Origin: Eledone cirrhosa
Taxonomy: Eukaryota
DNA length: 64,000 nt
Direction of reading: 5' to 3'
Assembly (NCBI GenBank): GCA_964016885.1
Contig: OZ024743.1
Location: forward strand, 245,024,001 to 245,088,000
The position numbers were made by a program, and so were the translations under genes. Numbering within the stretch: position 1 is the stretch's first letter; the number at the start of each line of letters is the position of its first letter. Below are positions 11,565-24,470 of this stretch, piece by piece. A model generated the notes under the pieces. The model saw only the letters and a program-made list of their open reading frames with translations, was not told where the DNA came from and did not search any database.

Positions 11565-14037
11565 CATATGTAACCTATTCGCAACCACGCAGCACGTTTA
11601 TTCTCATATATATATATATATACATACACACATAACAGTCTACTCAAACTACTCTATAGATAACATTGTGAAACTATTCTATATATATATATATATAACA
11701 TTGTTTTGAAACTAATCTATATACATAACAAAATAGTAAAACTATTCTCTATAGATAATAATATAGTGAAGCTACTCTCTATATTTAGCAATGTAGTGAA
11801 AATATTTTATACACACCTGGAAAGCCAGTTTCAGCTTCTTAAAGGAATCATTTTATAGAATTCTGTAGAATGTATTAACAATGATCATAAAACACAGAAT
11901 GACTGTAATGCTAAGGAATTAACTTTTGTCACCATATTTCTAATGAAAAACACTGCCTATTATTTTTAAATAATTTGAAAAATATTCAAGAATTTGATGG
12001 GATTTAGTAATATAATTTTATCATTATTAAGCTGGTGTTTGGAGCATAATTTAACAACGGTTTTTGCATAAAATTATGATGGAAGGTTTTAGATAAAATT
12101 ATAATGGAAGATTTTTAGATAAATATACATACACTTTAAAACAAACTATTTTGTATTGTAGAACAGAGGATGGTTTCAATAAGATTAAATTGGTTTCAAG
12201 ACGAAAGAAAGATCACAAAAAAAAATTTTAATTAAATTAAAAAAAAAACATGAAATTCATCCACAGGGAAAGTCAATTAAACTGACATCAGTTCATTACT
12301 GGTGCTTAATTTTATTGATCCCATAAGGATGAAAGGCAAAGCTAACCTTGGTGAAATTTGAATTCAGAACGTAAAGGGCTGTAACTCTATGTCACAAAGC
12401 ATGTCCAACATTCTACCGATACTGCCAATCCACAGACCATGTTAAAAATAATGAAACCCTTGATTAAATCAGACTCAAAAAGATTGAAGCTGAGGTGTTA
12501 CATTGCCAGTTATGATGGGTCAGATATGTTCAAAGAATGTCTAAACACTAACTGCTGAAGATACTTATGTACAGAGAATTGTAAGAAGGAATGTGTCCAG
12601 TAGGAGATCTGAGATGGCAATACAAGCATTAGCTTAATCCTTTTCATACCAAACTGCCTGAAACAAGCTTTGGTTTGATTATACTAAACTGTTTATTTTA
12701 AAGTGTTTATATTCATCTAAAACTTATAATTTTATGTAAGAACTTTTATTAAGCTATGTTCTAAACCCCAGCTTAACAAATTCCCCAAATTGTTGATTAT
12801 TTTCAAAATTATTTGAAACTCATAAGAAATATGGTAATGAAAGAGTTAAGCAAACATCCAGAAATATTAATACTGATGTTTCCTTGTGGACTGTTGATGC
12901 ATCTTAACATCCATTCTGGAGAGAAACCTACTATACTGGACATGACTTTTTAAAATTAACTGTAAAGCAGGGTCTGAGAGAAGATGTTTATGGCTAGAAG
13001 CAGGCCAACAAGGACTCAGTTATGCTCCAAATTTCAAATCCTCGAGAGAAGTCAATGATGATAATACTGACTTGGCTTTGAACTAACCCATTTGTTACCA
13101 TATTTCTAACGAAAGATATTGTCTATAATTTCCAAATAATTTTGAAAATAATTAAAAACTTCAAGGGATTTAATAAAATAACTAACCTTCTCATTATTAA
13201 GCTCCTGCTTGGGGCATAACTTAAAGGTTCTTACCTAAAATTATGATGAAAGGTTTTTAGATAAATATAAACATTTTAAAACAAACATTTTTATAATGTT
13301 GAAGCAGGGGCAGTTTCAGGCAGTTTGATATCAAAAGGGTTTTAAAAAAGGGTGATGTGTAAAGAAATATGTCTAATATCATATTTCTATTTGATACAAC
13401 AATAATAGATAATTTACTCTGTGGAATTTGACGGAGATGGTGGTGGTGTATACTCACATATCTGGGATAGTACTGCTACAATCACACACAGTGCTGGACT
13501 AAAATTTGCTGAGGCCCTAAGCTGTATGAAGCTTGGAGGCCCTACATTAAAAAAATTATACCAGTAGGTCTCACAAAAAAAACAAAACAAAAAAAACGGA
13601 AACATATGTCTTGATTATTTTGAGGTCCTAAACATATACTTCTGTTGCTTAATAGTTACTTCTGCGCTACTATAGCAGCAACCAAAAGAAAGTCATTTGG
13701 CTGATTCACAAACTCTCACTCAGCAAAACACAACAACCTATAAATCACAGATGTGTTGTGTCTTCTCTCTGCCTCTTCTATCACTACTATAACAGCCTTT
13801 TCAACTTTGAACTATCAACATACCTCTAGCCCACTCGTCATCCCTACAGCATCTCACCTCCAGATCCTCAACTAAATTCTTTGTTCAATCAATATTCCTG
13901 AGAATGCCCCCTTTTAGAATTCTATTGATCCTGCATGGGTGAATAGCAAAGTTGATCTTGGTGGGAGTTGAACTCAAAATGTAAGGAGACATAAGAAACC
14001 CACACTACAACTCATCTTCCAAAATATTGATTTTTAA

Positions 14038-14243
14038 CATAAATACCAGTCAAGTACTGGAGTCGATATAATCACCTTATGCTTCTCCCCATAAATACCA
14101 GTCAAGTACTGGGTCGATATAATCACCTTATGCTTCTCCCCATAAATACCAGTCAAGTACTGGGTCGATATAATCACCTTATGCTTCTCCCCATAAATAC
14201 CAGTCAAGTACTGGGTCGATATAATCACCTTATGCCTCTCCCC
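14038..14243 (+). repeat. 4 x 51-bp tandem repeat derived from a SINE segment
   Basis: Unit cataaataccagtcaagtactgggtcgatataatcaccttatgcttctccc. The taccagtcaagtactggg part resembles the family A SINE body. Confidence 0.85.
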
Positions 14244-14576
14244 AGACTGTTGGTTTTGTACATAATTTAGAAACCATCAATATTATTATTATTGGTTGCT
14301 GGATTGGCAGATTTCTTATTACATTAAATCAAATGTTTTGTGGTATTTATTTCAGCTCTTTACCTTTCATCCTTTTGGGGTCAATAAAATAAAGTACCAG
14401 TGAATTATTGGTGTTAATTTAATTTATCACCCCTCCAACTCACCAAAACAGCTTTCTGGCCCTGTGTCTAAATCTGGCCGAGGTTAGCTTTGCCTTTCAT
14501 CCTTACGGGGTCGATAAAATTCTCCTCCCCTTCAAATTGCTGCCGTTGTACCTGAAGTTGAAATAACTATTATTTT

Positions 14577-14760
14577 GGCAGTATCGGTAGAGCGTCAGAC
14601 ACCATGCTTTGGAGCATTGAGTTATGGCATTTTACGTTCTGATTTCAAATCCGCCGAGGTCAACTTTGCCTTTCATCCTTACGGGGTCGATAAAATAAAG
14701 TACCAGTAATACACTGAAATAATTGCTGGCCTTGTGCCAAAAGTAGAAACATTACTATTG
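14577..14760 (+). mobile_element. tRNA-derived SINE, family A
   Basis: ggcagtatcggtagagcg head, B-box region, conserved core, tagaaacatta tail. Confidence 0.85.
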
Positions 14761-15506
14761 AGGTGGAGATCCAGACTAAATGTAGAGCTTTGGACAAAAT
14801 GTTAACATTCTTTACGTTCTGAAATCAAACCTTGCCTTTTATTTTTCCAAGATCATGGAAATAAGTATCAATCGTATTAGGGTTGATTAGGTGGATTATC
14901 CCAACCTTTCTCCTCACAGCACTCTACCCACATTTGTGTTTTTATGCCACATTTAGAAATCCTTATCAAAGTTGTAAAGGTTTAAAGGTTCAATTGAATG
15001 ATACAGTACTTGTAGGGATTCGAAACCAGGAACTAAAATAAATTTATCTTTGCGATTTGGCCTACACGACCTGCTTTTTAAACACACTCAAGCTCCTTCA
15101 TACCTGAGAGCGATACTAGTTAGAAAATGTTTGTGTTTATTAATGTGACTATCAACTTTTAAAAAAATTCAGACGTATTATTTGTTTATAGTGACTCAAA
15201 GGTTCAGATGCGTGGAATGGAGAACATTGCCTGTGTGATGTTCATGCATTAGTTCTGAACCTTAATGAAACGGGTTTATCGTAAACAGTGGGGTGAGATC
15301 GAAACCCGAATGCATACTCAGCTGGCCGGTAGGATAACAGGAAATAATAATCATAATTTATTATTAAGGTATAGAAGTTTATATTTATGGGAAAAGATTG
15401 TGTAAAAACCAAGAGTAGAAAAGTTTTGAGTTCAATCAAGGATTTATCAGCGCAGTGGAATAAGACGAGATAAACATGTTATCGTAATTAAAAGACTGTG
15501 ACTTAC

Positions 15507-15578
15507 TCGTATAAGTGGATATGTATGGGCAGCTCGTTTGGTCTCTGGTTCCTTCTTATCTTCTGTGATTTCTGCCAT
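15507..15578 (-). CDS. DNAL4: Dynein axonemal light chain 4, first coding exon
   Basis: ATG-initiated MAEITEDKKEPETKRAAHTYPLIR followed by a GTAAGT donor (phase 0). Resembles the vertebrate DNAL4 N-terminus MGETEGKKDEADYKRLQTFPLVR (recalled). Downstream exons were not found in the window. Confidence 0.8.
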
Positions 15579-16450
15579 GGTCTCTAAGGGAAGCAGGGGG
15601 AGTCAGGAAACTTTTCGCGGCGATCGTTTTTGCACCCTGCTGAGATCCGAAGTCGTTATCGAAATGTCGGTTGTTGGTGTTTGTTTACTGATGCTAAGCC
15701 GGGGTGTTTGTGGTTAGTAACCAGATGCGAAGCCACACCGAGGCTTTGTTACCGAGGCAGTTAGTAGCTTTATATTTATCAGCAAATAGCACTATGTGGG
15801 CCTTCACCTATATGTTGAATTAGTGGCAGCGGCGGTGGACAGAAAAACATAACAAACTCGCTACCATAGTTGTCCGAACTAAATGTATTAGAATGTGATT
15901 GTGTCACGCATCTTATTGTATACTATGTAAGAAGTGGTCAGGAATGTAAGATACTTGATGGGGGTAGTGGTGAAAGAAAAGAATACGGTACCAAACAATC
16001 AGCAGTAACTAACATCGACTGGTACAACCACCGGCTTATAATCACTGGTTAAAACATAACGGAGATCAAAAAATATCTAAATTAGAACCAAATGAACCAT
16101 AGCACCTGCCAAAGAGTTAGTGCCCTTTATTAAATAGGGCTTAGTCAGATTATCCCAAGGGAAGTAAACAGCCTGAATTCTTTTCGAAAACTATATCCCG
16201 TCTCCCTATGACTAATGCAGTGGCTTTACACAAAGTATATAGATAGATAAACCAATGCCGGCACGACGAGACGTGATGGAAACATTTTGAACATGTATGT
16301 AAAGAAGAGCACCGGGAAACGACGTAATTTTCCAACGAGATGTCACTCGAACCTTATTTCGACATTCTTTTCCAATAGTTTCATTTTCTTTACAACGCAA
16401 ATGTACTGGTGAAAAACATGAACGATTCAACAGCCATATCCACCCTCTTA
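15579..16450. promoter_or_regulatory. CpG-enriched 5' UTR/promoter region of DNAL4
   Basis: Local CpG enrichment (15600-15870, 16200-16430) against a CpG-poor background, directly upstream of the start codon. Confidence 0.45.
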
Positions 16451-17643
16451 CTAGAATAAGCCAACTGCGTTAATTACCCATGCATGGATGATATTTATAT
16501 ATACTGGAAATCCAGACAGTTGATATTAGATACTCTTACAAATAGCAAATTGCATAAGATTAGATAACGAAATAAAAAAAAACGTTATTTTTCAACAAGA
16601 TTGTTTAGTTTAGGCCAAATTATTACTGCTATATGTGTGTGTACGTACACTCATACACACACATATATCTATGAATATTTAAATTATACTAAGGTATTGA
16701 GTACTCATTCTCTGGTCCCTCAAAATACACGTATATACATATATATGTGTGTGTGTATATATATGTGTGTGTGTGTATATTATATATATATATATATATA
16801 CATATAGTGTAGTGCACCTGAGCACTTTACACAATATTTTCATTATTATATATGTGTGTGTATATAAGATAAAATTAAAGTCTGTCACAAGCCCTGAGGC
16901 TCATCAGGCCAGTGCTTATCTTAGTTTCCTCTGTGTTAAGCAGCAAAGAGTACAAAATCGCTCCTGGATATGACATCAGTCCATCGTAGGGTTAACTCCC
17001 AGCTACTGCTGATACTAATTTTCAGCAGAGTGTACTGGTGCAATGTGAAATGAAAGTTTGCTCGTATAATCGTAAATCAAACACCATACCCACTAGATAT
17101 ATATACATGTAATGAGGTACTGTGGTAAACGCTCCCAGCCCACTCTGTAAAATGATAGTGATGGTGTCAAGATGACAAGCACCCAGCCCACCATGTAAGG
17201 TGGAAGTGCTGGTGCCATGATGAAAAGCATCCAATCAACTCTGTGAAGTGGTAGTTCCAGAGTCACACTTTCCCTGCTAGCAAGGGTTGGACGGGTCTAT
17301 ATAGACTAAGTCCATACTGAAGTGGAGCCACTGATCTCTCAAGCAAGCCAAGGATCTGTGCCTTGCTTATGTATGGTCTCACATTCCATTGAATGCTCAG
17401 GGGAGGTTGTCATGCCTTTGACACAACTGAGAGTCCTTCCAACCCTTTGTTTGGCAAGATTTTTACGGCTGGATACCCTTCCTATTACCAACCACTTTAC
17501 AGCATGTACTGGCTGCGTTTATCGTGTAAATCACTAACACTAGGGAGGTTGTCATGTTCATGACATGACTGGAGGATCCTCTTGACTCTTTGTCTAGTTG
17601 CTTGGCAAGCGCTCCATGGCTGGAATCCCTTCCTATCACCAAC

Positions 17644-17814
17644 TGTTGTGCGTTCTAATATTGCAAAACTAAAGCTCCAATTCCAAGCTTGTATTCAATA
17701 TCTAGAATATAAAAACAGTAATTAGTCTTGAAGAAATATAACAATAATATTTGTAAGAAAAGAAAGATATGCAATAAAACAAAGTTATATTGAGGATAGA
17801 TGAACTTCATAACA
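17644..17814 (-). repeat. 3' LTR (~170 bp)
   Basis: TGTTGTG...CATAACA termini, matches 21182-21345. Confidence 0.9.
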
Positions 17815-18401
17815 TTCTTCGCCGATTTTATTGTTCTTCAATATAGCGCTTGGGGGCTACGCGTATACGATTGCTTCGTCTCGCGGGGTCAACAGGAACT
17901 TGCGGTAGCATGCTAGTGCTATTTGCCACGGGATTTAAATCAATCACGGTTTCATCTAAGAGTAGATCGTTACTGTGGTCGATGTTAAGTGGTCTCGGCA
18001 TATCAGCAGGACTGCTAATCGAACTGTTTTCTTGGATGGATTGATAGTCATTATTTTGACAATTAATTGGGCCAGGGGAGAGGTCTGCTGTTGAGACTGT
18101 ACTAGATCTTCCATTTTGATATCTGACAACCGCGAAATTAGCATTCACCATCTGTTCGATAATAACTTTATTCACTAATGGGTTGTTCTTTGTACGAATA
18201 AAGTTTCCAATATAGGCGTCGTTTCCAACTCTAAGCCAATCTGGTAGGGAAAATCCTAAGGAACCCTTTCGATCGAATCTAAATATGCGGTTATGGGGTG
18301 TCTCATTAGTCGCTGTACAGAGAAGTGATCGTTGCGAGGCAAGAACTTCTGGTATGATATCTTCCCACTTAGTTTCTTTAAGTTTGCGCGAGTTAATTAT
18401 G

Positions 18402-18856
18402 TGTAGTGACCTACATTCCGCGGGCTCACATACATTCTCTGTGCGTGATTTGGCTCAGCTTAGCCAATCAGCGCCAGTAGAAGAGGGTGTATCCCTACGC
18501 GTCAGTGAGAGAGAAATTACCCGCAAAGATTTGAGGGATCTCTCTCTTGCAGCTCGACCGTGCTAAGGTAAACAACTACTTTTCTTTCGCCGTGAAATCA
18601 CTAGCCAATATGTAACACAACAATTTAACCACGGCCTGGCAACACCTAACAGCCAGTAACCCGTCTTTCTGAAATCTTAATTCGTTTGTTTTATTTCTCT
18701 TGGCATGCCAGCTCAACCTTTGTTAATAAATAATGTAAAAACAAGCTAAAGTCGTTGTCAATATTCCTATCATATCTTTTTACCAAAGATGGTTCCTCGT
18801 GGCAACATTACAACTTCAAAATACTTCTTCTGCTAAACTGGTAACCCCGACGTGAT
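18402..18856 (+). mobile_element. Nested foreign LTR (TGTAGTG...CATTACA, 18402-18812) followed by tRNA-Trp-type PBS
   Basis: It interrupts the host integrase between WKGIT and IINSRKLKETKW. AATAAA at ~18725, tggtaaccccgacgtgat at 18839-18856. Confidence 0.75.
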
Positions 18857-21181
18857 TCCTTTCCAGAGGACTTCGTCGTAGCGCTCGTTTTGGCCATTTC
18901 CTTGTGGATGGTACGGCGAAGTGCGCGTGTGGGATATACCATTGGACAAGCAGAAATGATCGAATTCTTTGGAGAGAAACTGAGTTCCTCGATCGGAGTG
19001 TATGAATGAGGGAGCTCCGAATATTGAGAAGATTTGTTTGAGACAGTTAATGACATTGTTTGAGGTGATGTCACGCATACCGAAAGCAAAAGGGAATCTG
19101 CTGAATTCGTCTACTGCAGTCAATAAGTATATGTTTCCTGCTTTTGAAGATTTTGGTTTTGGTCCAACGATATCGATTGACAGACGTTCGAACGGCCTTG
19201 TTGACTTAATGAGTTTAGCAGATGGATGCTTGAAGAATTTTGGCTTGTACTCCAAACATGATACGCAATTTTTGACGACGTCGCGGATTTCGTCTACGGA
19301 AAAGGGCAGGTTATGGCGTCGGATATAATCGTAAAATCTAGTTACTCCTGGGTGTGTTAGTTGGTCGTGGAGTACTTTTAAATCACAGGATGGCGATATA
19401 GCTGCAGCGATTCTTGAAAGACAATCGGCTTGGGTGTTGAGGTAGCCGGGTTTGTAGTCAATGTCAAATTGATGCTCTGATAGTTCTAAACGCCAGCGAG
19501 ATATTTTATCATTTTTGATTCGTGATTTATTACTCGAGAAAATGAAGGCTACTGATATTTGGTCAGTCCGTTTAATCGTATGAAAACACTTCACGTATTG
19601 CGACCATCTCCGTACAGCTTCAATAATAGCCATAGCTTCTCGCTCCACAGTTACTCTACCTCTTTGGCAGTCAGATTTACAGACTGATTGCACAGTTACT
19701 CCACCCTTACTCTACCTTCAAAGCTTGCTACATTCTCAATACCAATGGCTCAATTAAAAATTCCACATCCAACATTCCCAAATGACCCCACATCCGAGCA
19801 ATGGCGATGGAAGTGTTTTGTGGATTCCCTACTCATAAACGGCATAGTAGAGGACAACCATAAATTGACCTACCTTCATTCACAAGCTGGGGCCGACCTA
19901 TTTAGTTTACTCGAATCTGCAGAAAACTTCAACGAAGCACTAATCACCCTGGATACTCAATTCTTAGCCCCCAGTCGTATACTCTATGCCAGACATTAAC
20001 TCCTAACATGCCGCCAAAAGCAAGAAGAAACCGTCCGAGAGTTTATTAAAAGACTCAACCTTTTAGTGGAAAAATGTAACTGTAAAGCCATCACAGCTAA
20101 AGACCACAGAGATATGTTGATCCTGGATTCACTAGTAGCAGGAGTCCAATCAGACGCTATACAAGCACGTCTCCTAGAGCTGGACGATACTCAAGCAAAC
20201 CTAAAAGACTGCATAGCTATGGCAAATGCAATAGAACTATCCAGTGATTTTACTAAATCAGTCAACCTAGACGTCTCTCTGAATTCATCAACACTGTCAA
20301 CTACATCCTCTCAAGAACCTACCGTAGCAGCTACAAAATCAAAACAACCTCTTCTGAAATACTTGAAATATGCTATTCTTGTGGGAAGATCGGCCACTGG
20401 CAATCAGTCTGTAAATCTGACTGCCAAAGCAGTAAGCAAGCCGCCTCACTTATATGTTCATTAAATACTGGCAAACACTCTAAAGCTATTCTCTGCCCGA
20501 TAACTATAAAAGACACCACACTAAAGGCCTTAATCGATCCTGGTTCCACAGATCCATTTATACGTCATAGCATAGCAACTGAATTAAACTTGAGCGTAAA
20601 ACAAGAAAAACGGGCAATCACACTAGCCGACAATAAAATATTAATGACGACTGGTACTACATCCATACCGATATGTATCTACAGCGAGGAATACTCAGTG
20701 AACCTAATCACTGCAAAAAGTCTTGTCGCAGACGTCATTATCGGAATGGATGTCCTCACCCAGCATAGCTCTATTATTCTCCACCTTGGCGGTACCCGGC
20801 CTCCCATGAAATTTTTAAATCAACTATGCTGTACCTTTCCGACAATAGAAGTTAATCCGCCTCTTGTCTTCCACGATTTAGCCGAGACAAATATCAAGCC
20901 GATTGCCACTAACGGACGTTACATTAACAAGAGAGACGACAATTTTATTAAGTCTGAAATAACTCGCCTCCTAGAAGCCGGTATCATTGAGGAATCAATT
21001 CCACCTTGGCGAGCTCAGTGCTTCATAGTACACGGAAAGAAACCTCGACTCGTGGTAGACTACTCCCAGACAATTAATAAGTATACACAATTGGATGCCT
21101 ATCCATCCCCCGACATTGAGGATGTTGTTAACAAAGTGGCACAGGATAAACAGGATAGAAACAACAGATATTGAATAAAAT

Positions 21182-21345
21182 TATTGTGCGTTCTAATATT
21201 GCAAAACTAAAGCTCCAATTCCAAGCTTTTATTCAATATCTAGAATATAAAAACAGTCTTGAAGAAATACAACAATAATATTTGTAAGAAAAGAAAGATA
21301 TGCAATAAAACAAAGTTATATTGAGGATAGATGAACTTCATAACA
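21182..21345 (-). repeat. 5' LTR (~165 bp)
   Basis: Matches 17644-17814 with a few substitutions and a 7-bp indel. Confidence 0.9.
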
Positions 21346-23157
21346 CCATCCACTTCACAGGGGGAACTGCCAGGAATGTGAGGGGTGGGGTTGAAGTAGT
21401 GAGTTGAGAATAAGTGTTAGGGAGTGCTAGTGGAAGAGGACGGGTAGGTTAGGTCACATTGTAAGCTGCAGGTCAGTTCTTCTTCAGCATTGCATAGTGC
21501 CAGCCCTTGTGGTCTTCAGTCAATTCTGCTGTAAGGATTAGCTTTCTAAGGTCAGTCCTTACCCTTCATGGGCCTGCCTGTTCCATGGGTCCTGGCCACT
21601 GGGATTTTTTTGCGTTTCTTTATGCAGCTTCCATTTCCATGCATATCACATGACCATACCAACACAGTCTGCTCTCTTGCACACTCCAGCCAATTCCTCT
21701 TATGCCAAGTTTTCCCTCAGTTTGCTTATGGTATGTAGCTCATGTACACTAACATTGTACATCCATCAGAGCATACTCGACTCATTTCTTTCTAGCCTCC
21801 ACAGGTCTTTTGCAGACAAGTCCCTCAATCATTATCACTAGATGGATTGTTGTGTGTTATGCCAGTCAGGTTAAGTGACCATGTCCTGTTTCCGAATGCC
21901 AACTGCTTTACAGCATGTAGTGAGAGCATTCTATCATAACTCTGGAACTACAACTTTACAGAGTGGACTGGGTGCGTTTCATCATGTCACCAGCACTACC
22001 ACCTTACATGGTGGACTGGGTGCTTGTCCTCTTGGCACGATCACTTCCATTTTACAGAGTGGGCTGGGTGTGTTTATCACAGTACCATCAACAGTACCTC
22101 ATTACAACTTAAAGGCATTCAGTGTATTTTGTTTGATGGGAGTTGGAAAGTATAAATGAGAAGGGTGCATGCTATATGCTATTTGCCAGGAGGGTGGGTT
22201 AATACAGACATCTCAATGTGAGGGAAGAAGTGCCAGATCATGTTGGCCTTGAAATAAGTGGTTGGTGCCTGACATATTGAGGGATGTGCCTGACTCGCCA
22301 TTGTTGGCCTAAATGTTGGGGTGCAGTCTATATAATATTTCTGGAAGAAAAGTGGAGAGGGAATTCACGAAGTGAAAAGAAGTGCTGGGTCATAGGGGTG
22401 GCCTTGGATCGAGTGGGTGATGTCTGACATTGTGGAATGTGCCTGGCTTTCTGGTTCGGATGGGGATAGTGTGTCAACTGTGAATTTGACCCCTTCCCTC
22501 CCTCACGTAGCAGAAGCTGATCTCATATCACCGAAGTTCACAGTGGAGATAGAAAAGGACGGAAATGAGTGGACGGATGTATTGAAAAATACTCGCCCAA
22601 CCCATGCAAGCACGGAAAAACGAACGTAAAAGGATAATGATGATAATATAATATTTTCAGTCTTAGATTTTTTCAGCTAAAAAAAAAAAGCTTTATTGTT
22701 CCAGTTGATGTAGTGATAACAGAATCACTAAAGAAATGTATAACAATGTACATTTGTTGACATAAAAAAGTAGAAACAGTCAGAGAAGAAATTATTCTCA
22801 GAGTTCGTTACTTGTTTCATTCGTAATTTACTTTTTATCAGTTTAAAAAATGATTCGACCCAACATAAAAGAAGCTAGTTTTCTATATAATTATTCCCAC
22901 AAAGGAATAATTATATAGAAAACGTTTTCGCTAAACGAAATTTATAACACGATGCTGCTACCATACATCCTGGTTATTTCCTCTTTAGTTATCCGTACTT
23001 TTCAACGTGTTGTAAACATTACAAAAAACGATGTCGCTATATTTTCCTCTCTACCAATTTTTATTAATATTCTCATGAAACATATTATTTAAATTTATAA
23101 TTAATAGATTGCCTTTAATATATTGATTGACATAATAAGCTGAAACAAGTTGTAACC

Positions 23158-23573
23158 ATGCCAAAACCTGAGGTAAATGCTAAAGTTCTTAATGTGCTTA
23201 AGGAACTGCATGCAGGTCTATCAAGTACTGACCCCTATCGTGTGACGAGTGCTCTGGACAGTATTGTAGCCCTAATTTCAGCTTCCACTATTACTGTTGA
23301 GGATGAATATAATTCAAACAGGAGAGCCCAGGCTTCCAGTAATCCTTTACTCAATCAGTATTTTCCAAGTTATGGCGAAAAAACTGAAGCACGTAGTTGT
23401 TTTCTTCAGAATCATTTTAGTCGTTTTGTTGATGTTCTTCTATCGAAACTTTCGCTTGAATGGGTGGAAAAACTGGATAAAACCAAATTGGATGTTGCAT
23501 TGAAAACTTTATTTTTACGTGGTAATCATTCTACATCCTTCCTCAGTCTTTTGCATCACATCTGTTCTTCGAG
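23158..23573 (+). CDS. TELO2: TELO2 exon 1
   Basis: ATG start, open frame MPKPEVN...LHHICSS, GTAAGT donor, phase 2. Confidence 0.85.
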
Positions 23574-23780
23574 GTAAGTTTATATCAATTTAATTAAATA
23601 TAATTATCATTGTTACTGCTTTCGGTGAAATTGGAGAAAAGCGGCGTAATTTAAAATGACGCTAACAGTAATGAGGAATGTAAAATTATAACGGTTATCA
23701 TTGACTGTATATATACTTTGAAGAAAATGAAAGCATCTCGTCCGATTCACCGGTTTCATTGAGGGTTCACTAGTTTATGA

Positions 23781-23827
<47 letters not shown>

Positions 23828-24197
23828 TGCATTATTGACGGACGTGAGAAAAAATACTCAATATCGAAGTAGAGTTTTAATATATATATATAAACAGAAT
23901 AACTTGTACTAGTAGAACCATGTGAGCGAAACATGCGAAATATTTTCATTTTCTTCATAGATCTGTTGCTAACGATATCGAAATAGTATCTGAGTTGAAT
24001 TTGTGCCACAGTTAATTTGGATCTTAAAATAATTCGTTATTGATATTGATTTCTAACATCGACACAGTGCCACAGTTATCTTAGGGGAGAGTATTATCGA
24101 TTAAACCGACCTCAGAATTTGACTTATTTTATTTTACTGTTTTTATTTTGACTAAATCTTAAAAAAAAACATTTCCCATTATTATGAATGAAATACA

Positions 24198-24470
24198 TGA
24201 GTTCAAATCCGGCCGAGGTTAACTTTGCCTTTCATCCTTACGAGGTCGATAAAATAAAGTACCAGTAATACACTGAAATAATTGCTGGCCTTGGCCAATA
24301 GTAGAAACAATTATTGCCAGCAATTATTCCAGTGCATTACTGGTACTTTATTTTATCGACCCCGTAAGGATGAAAGCCAACGTTAACCTCGGCGGGATTT
24401 GAACTCAGATCATAAAAGGCCGTAACTCTATGCTGCAAGGCATGGCGTCCGACCCTCTACCGATACTGCC
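24198..24470. mobile_element. Tail-to-tail inverted pair of family A SINEs
   Basis: Plus copy 24198-24316 and minus copy 24317-24470, flanked by the 17-bp direct repeat attatgaatgaaataca. Confidence 0.85.

Larger units (their letters stand above)
17644..21345 (-). mobile_element. Ty3/Gypsy-type LTR retrotransposon, rearranged and defective
   Basis: Direct LTRs at 17644-17814 and 21182-21345, flanked by ccaac/ccatc (5-bp TSD, 1 mismatch). Purine tract next to the left LTR on the minus strand. RNase H end and integrase (HPG..C..C, SIDIVGP, HSDRGTQF, GQNER) on minus. Gag, protease (ALIDPGST) and RT N-terminus (PWRAQ, RLVVDYSQTIN) on plus. Confidence 0.9.
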
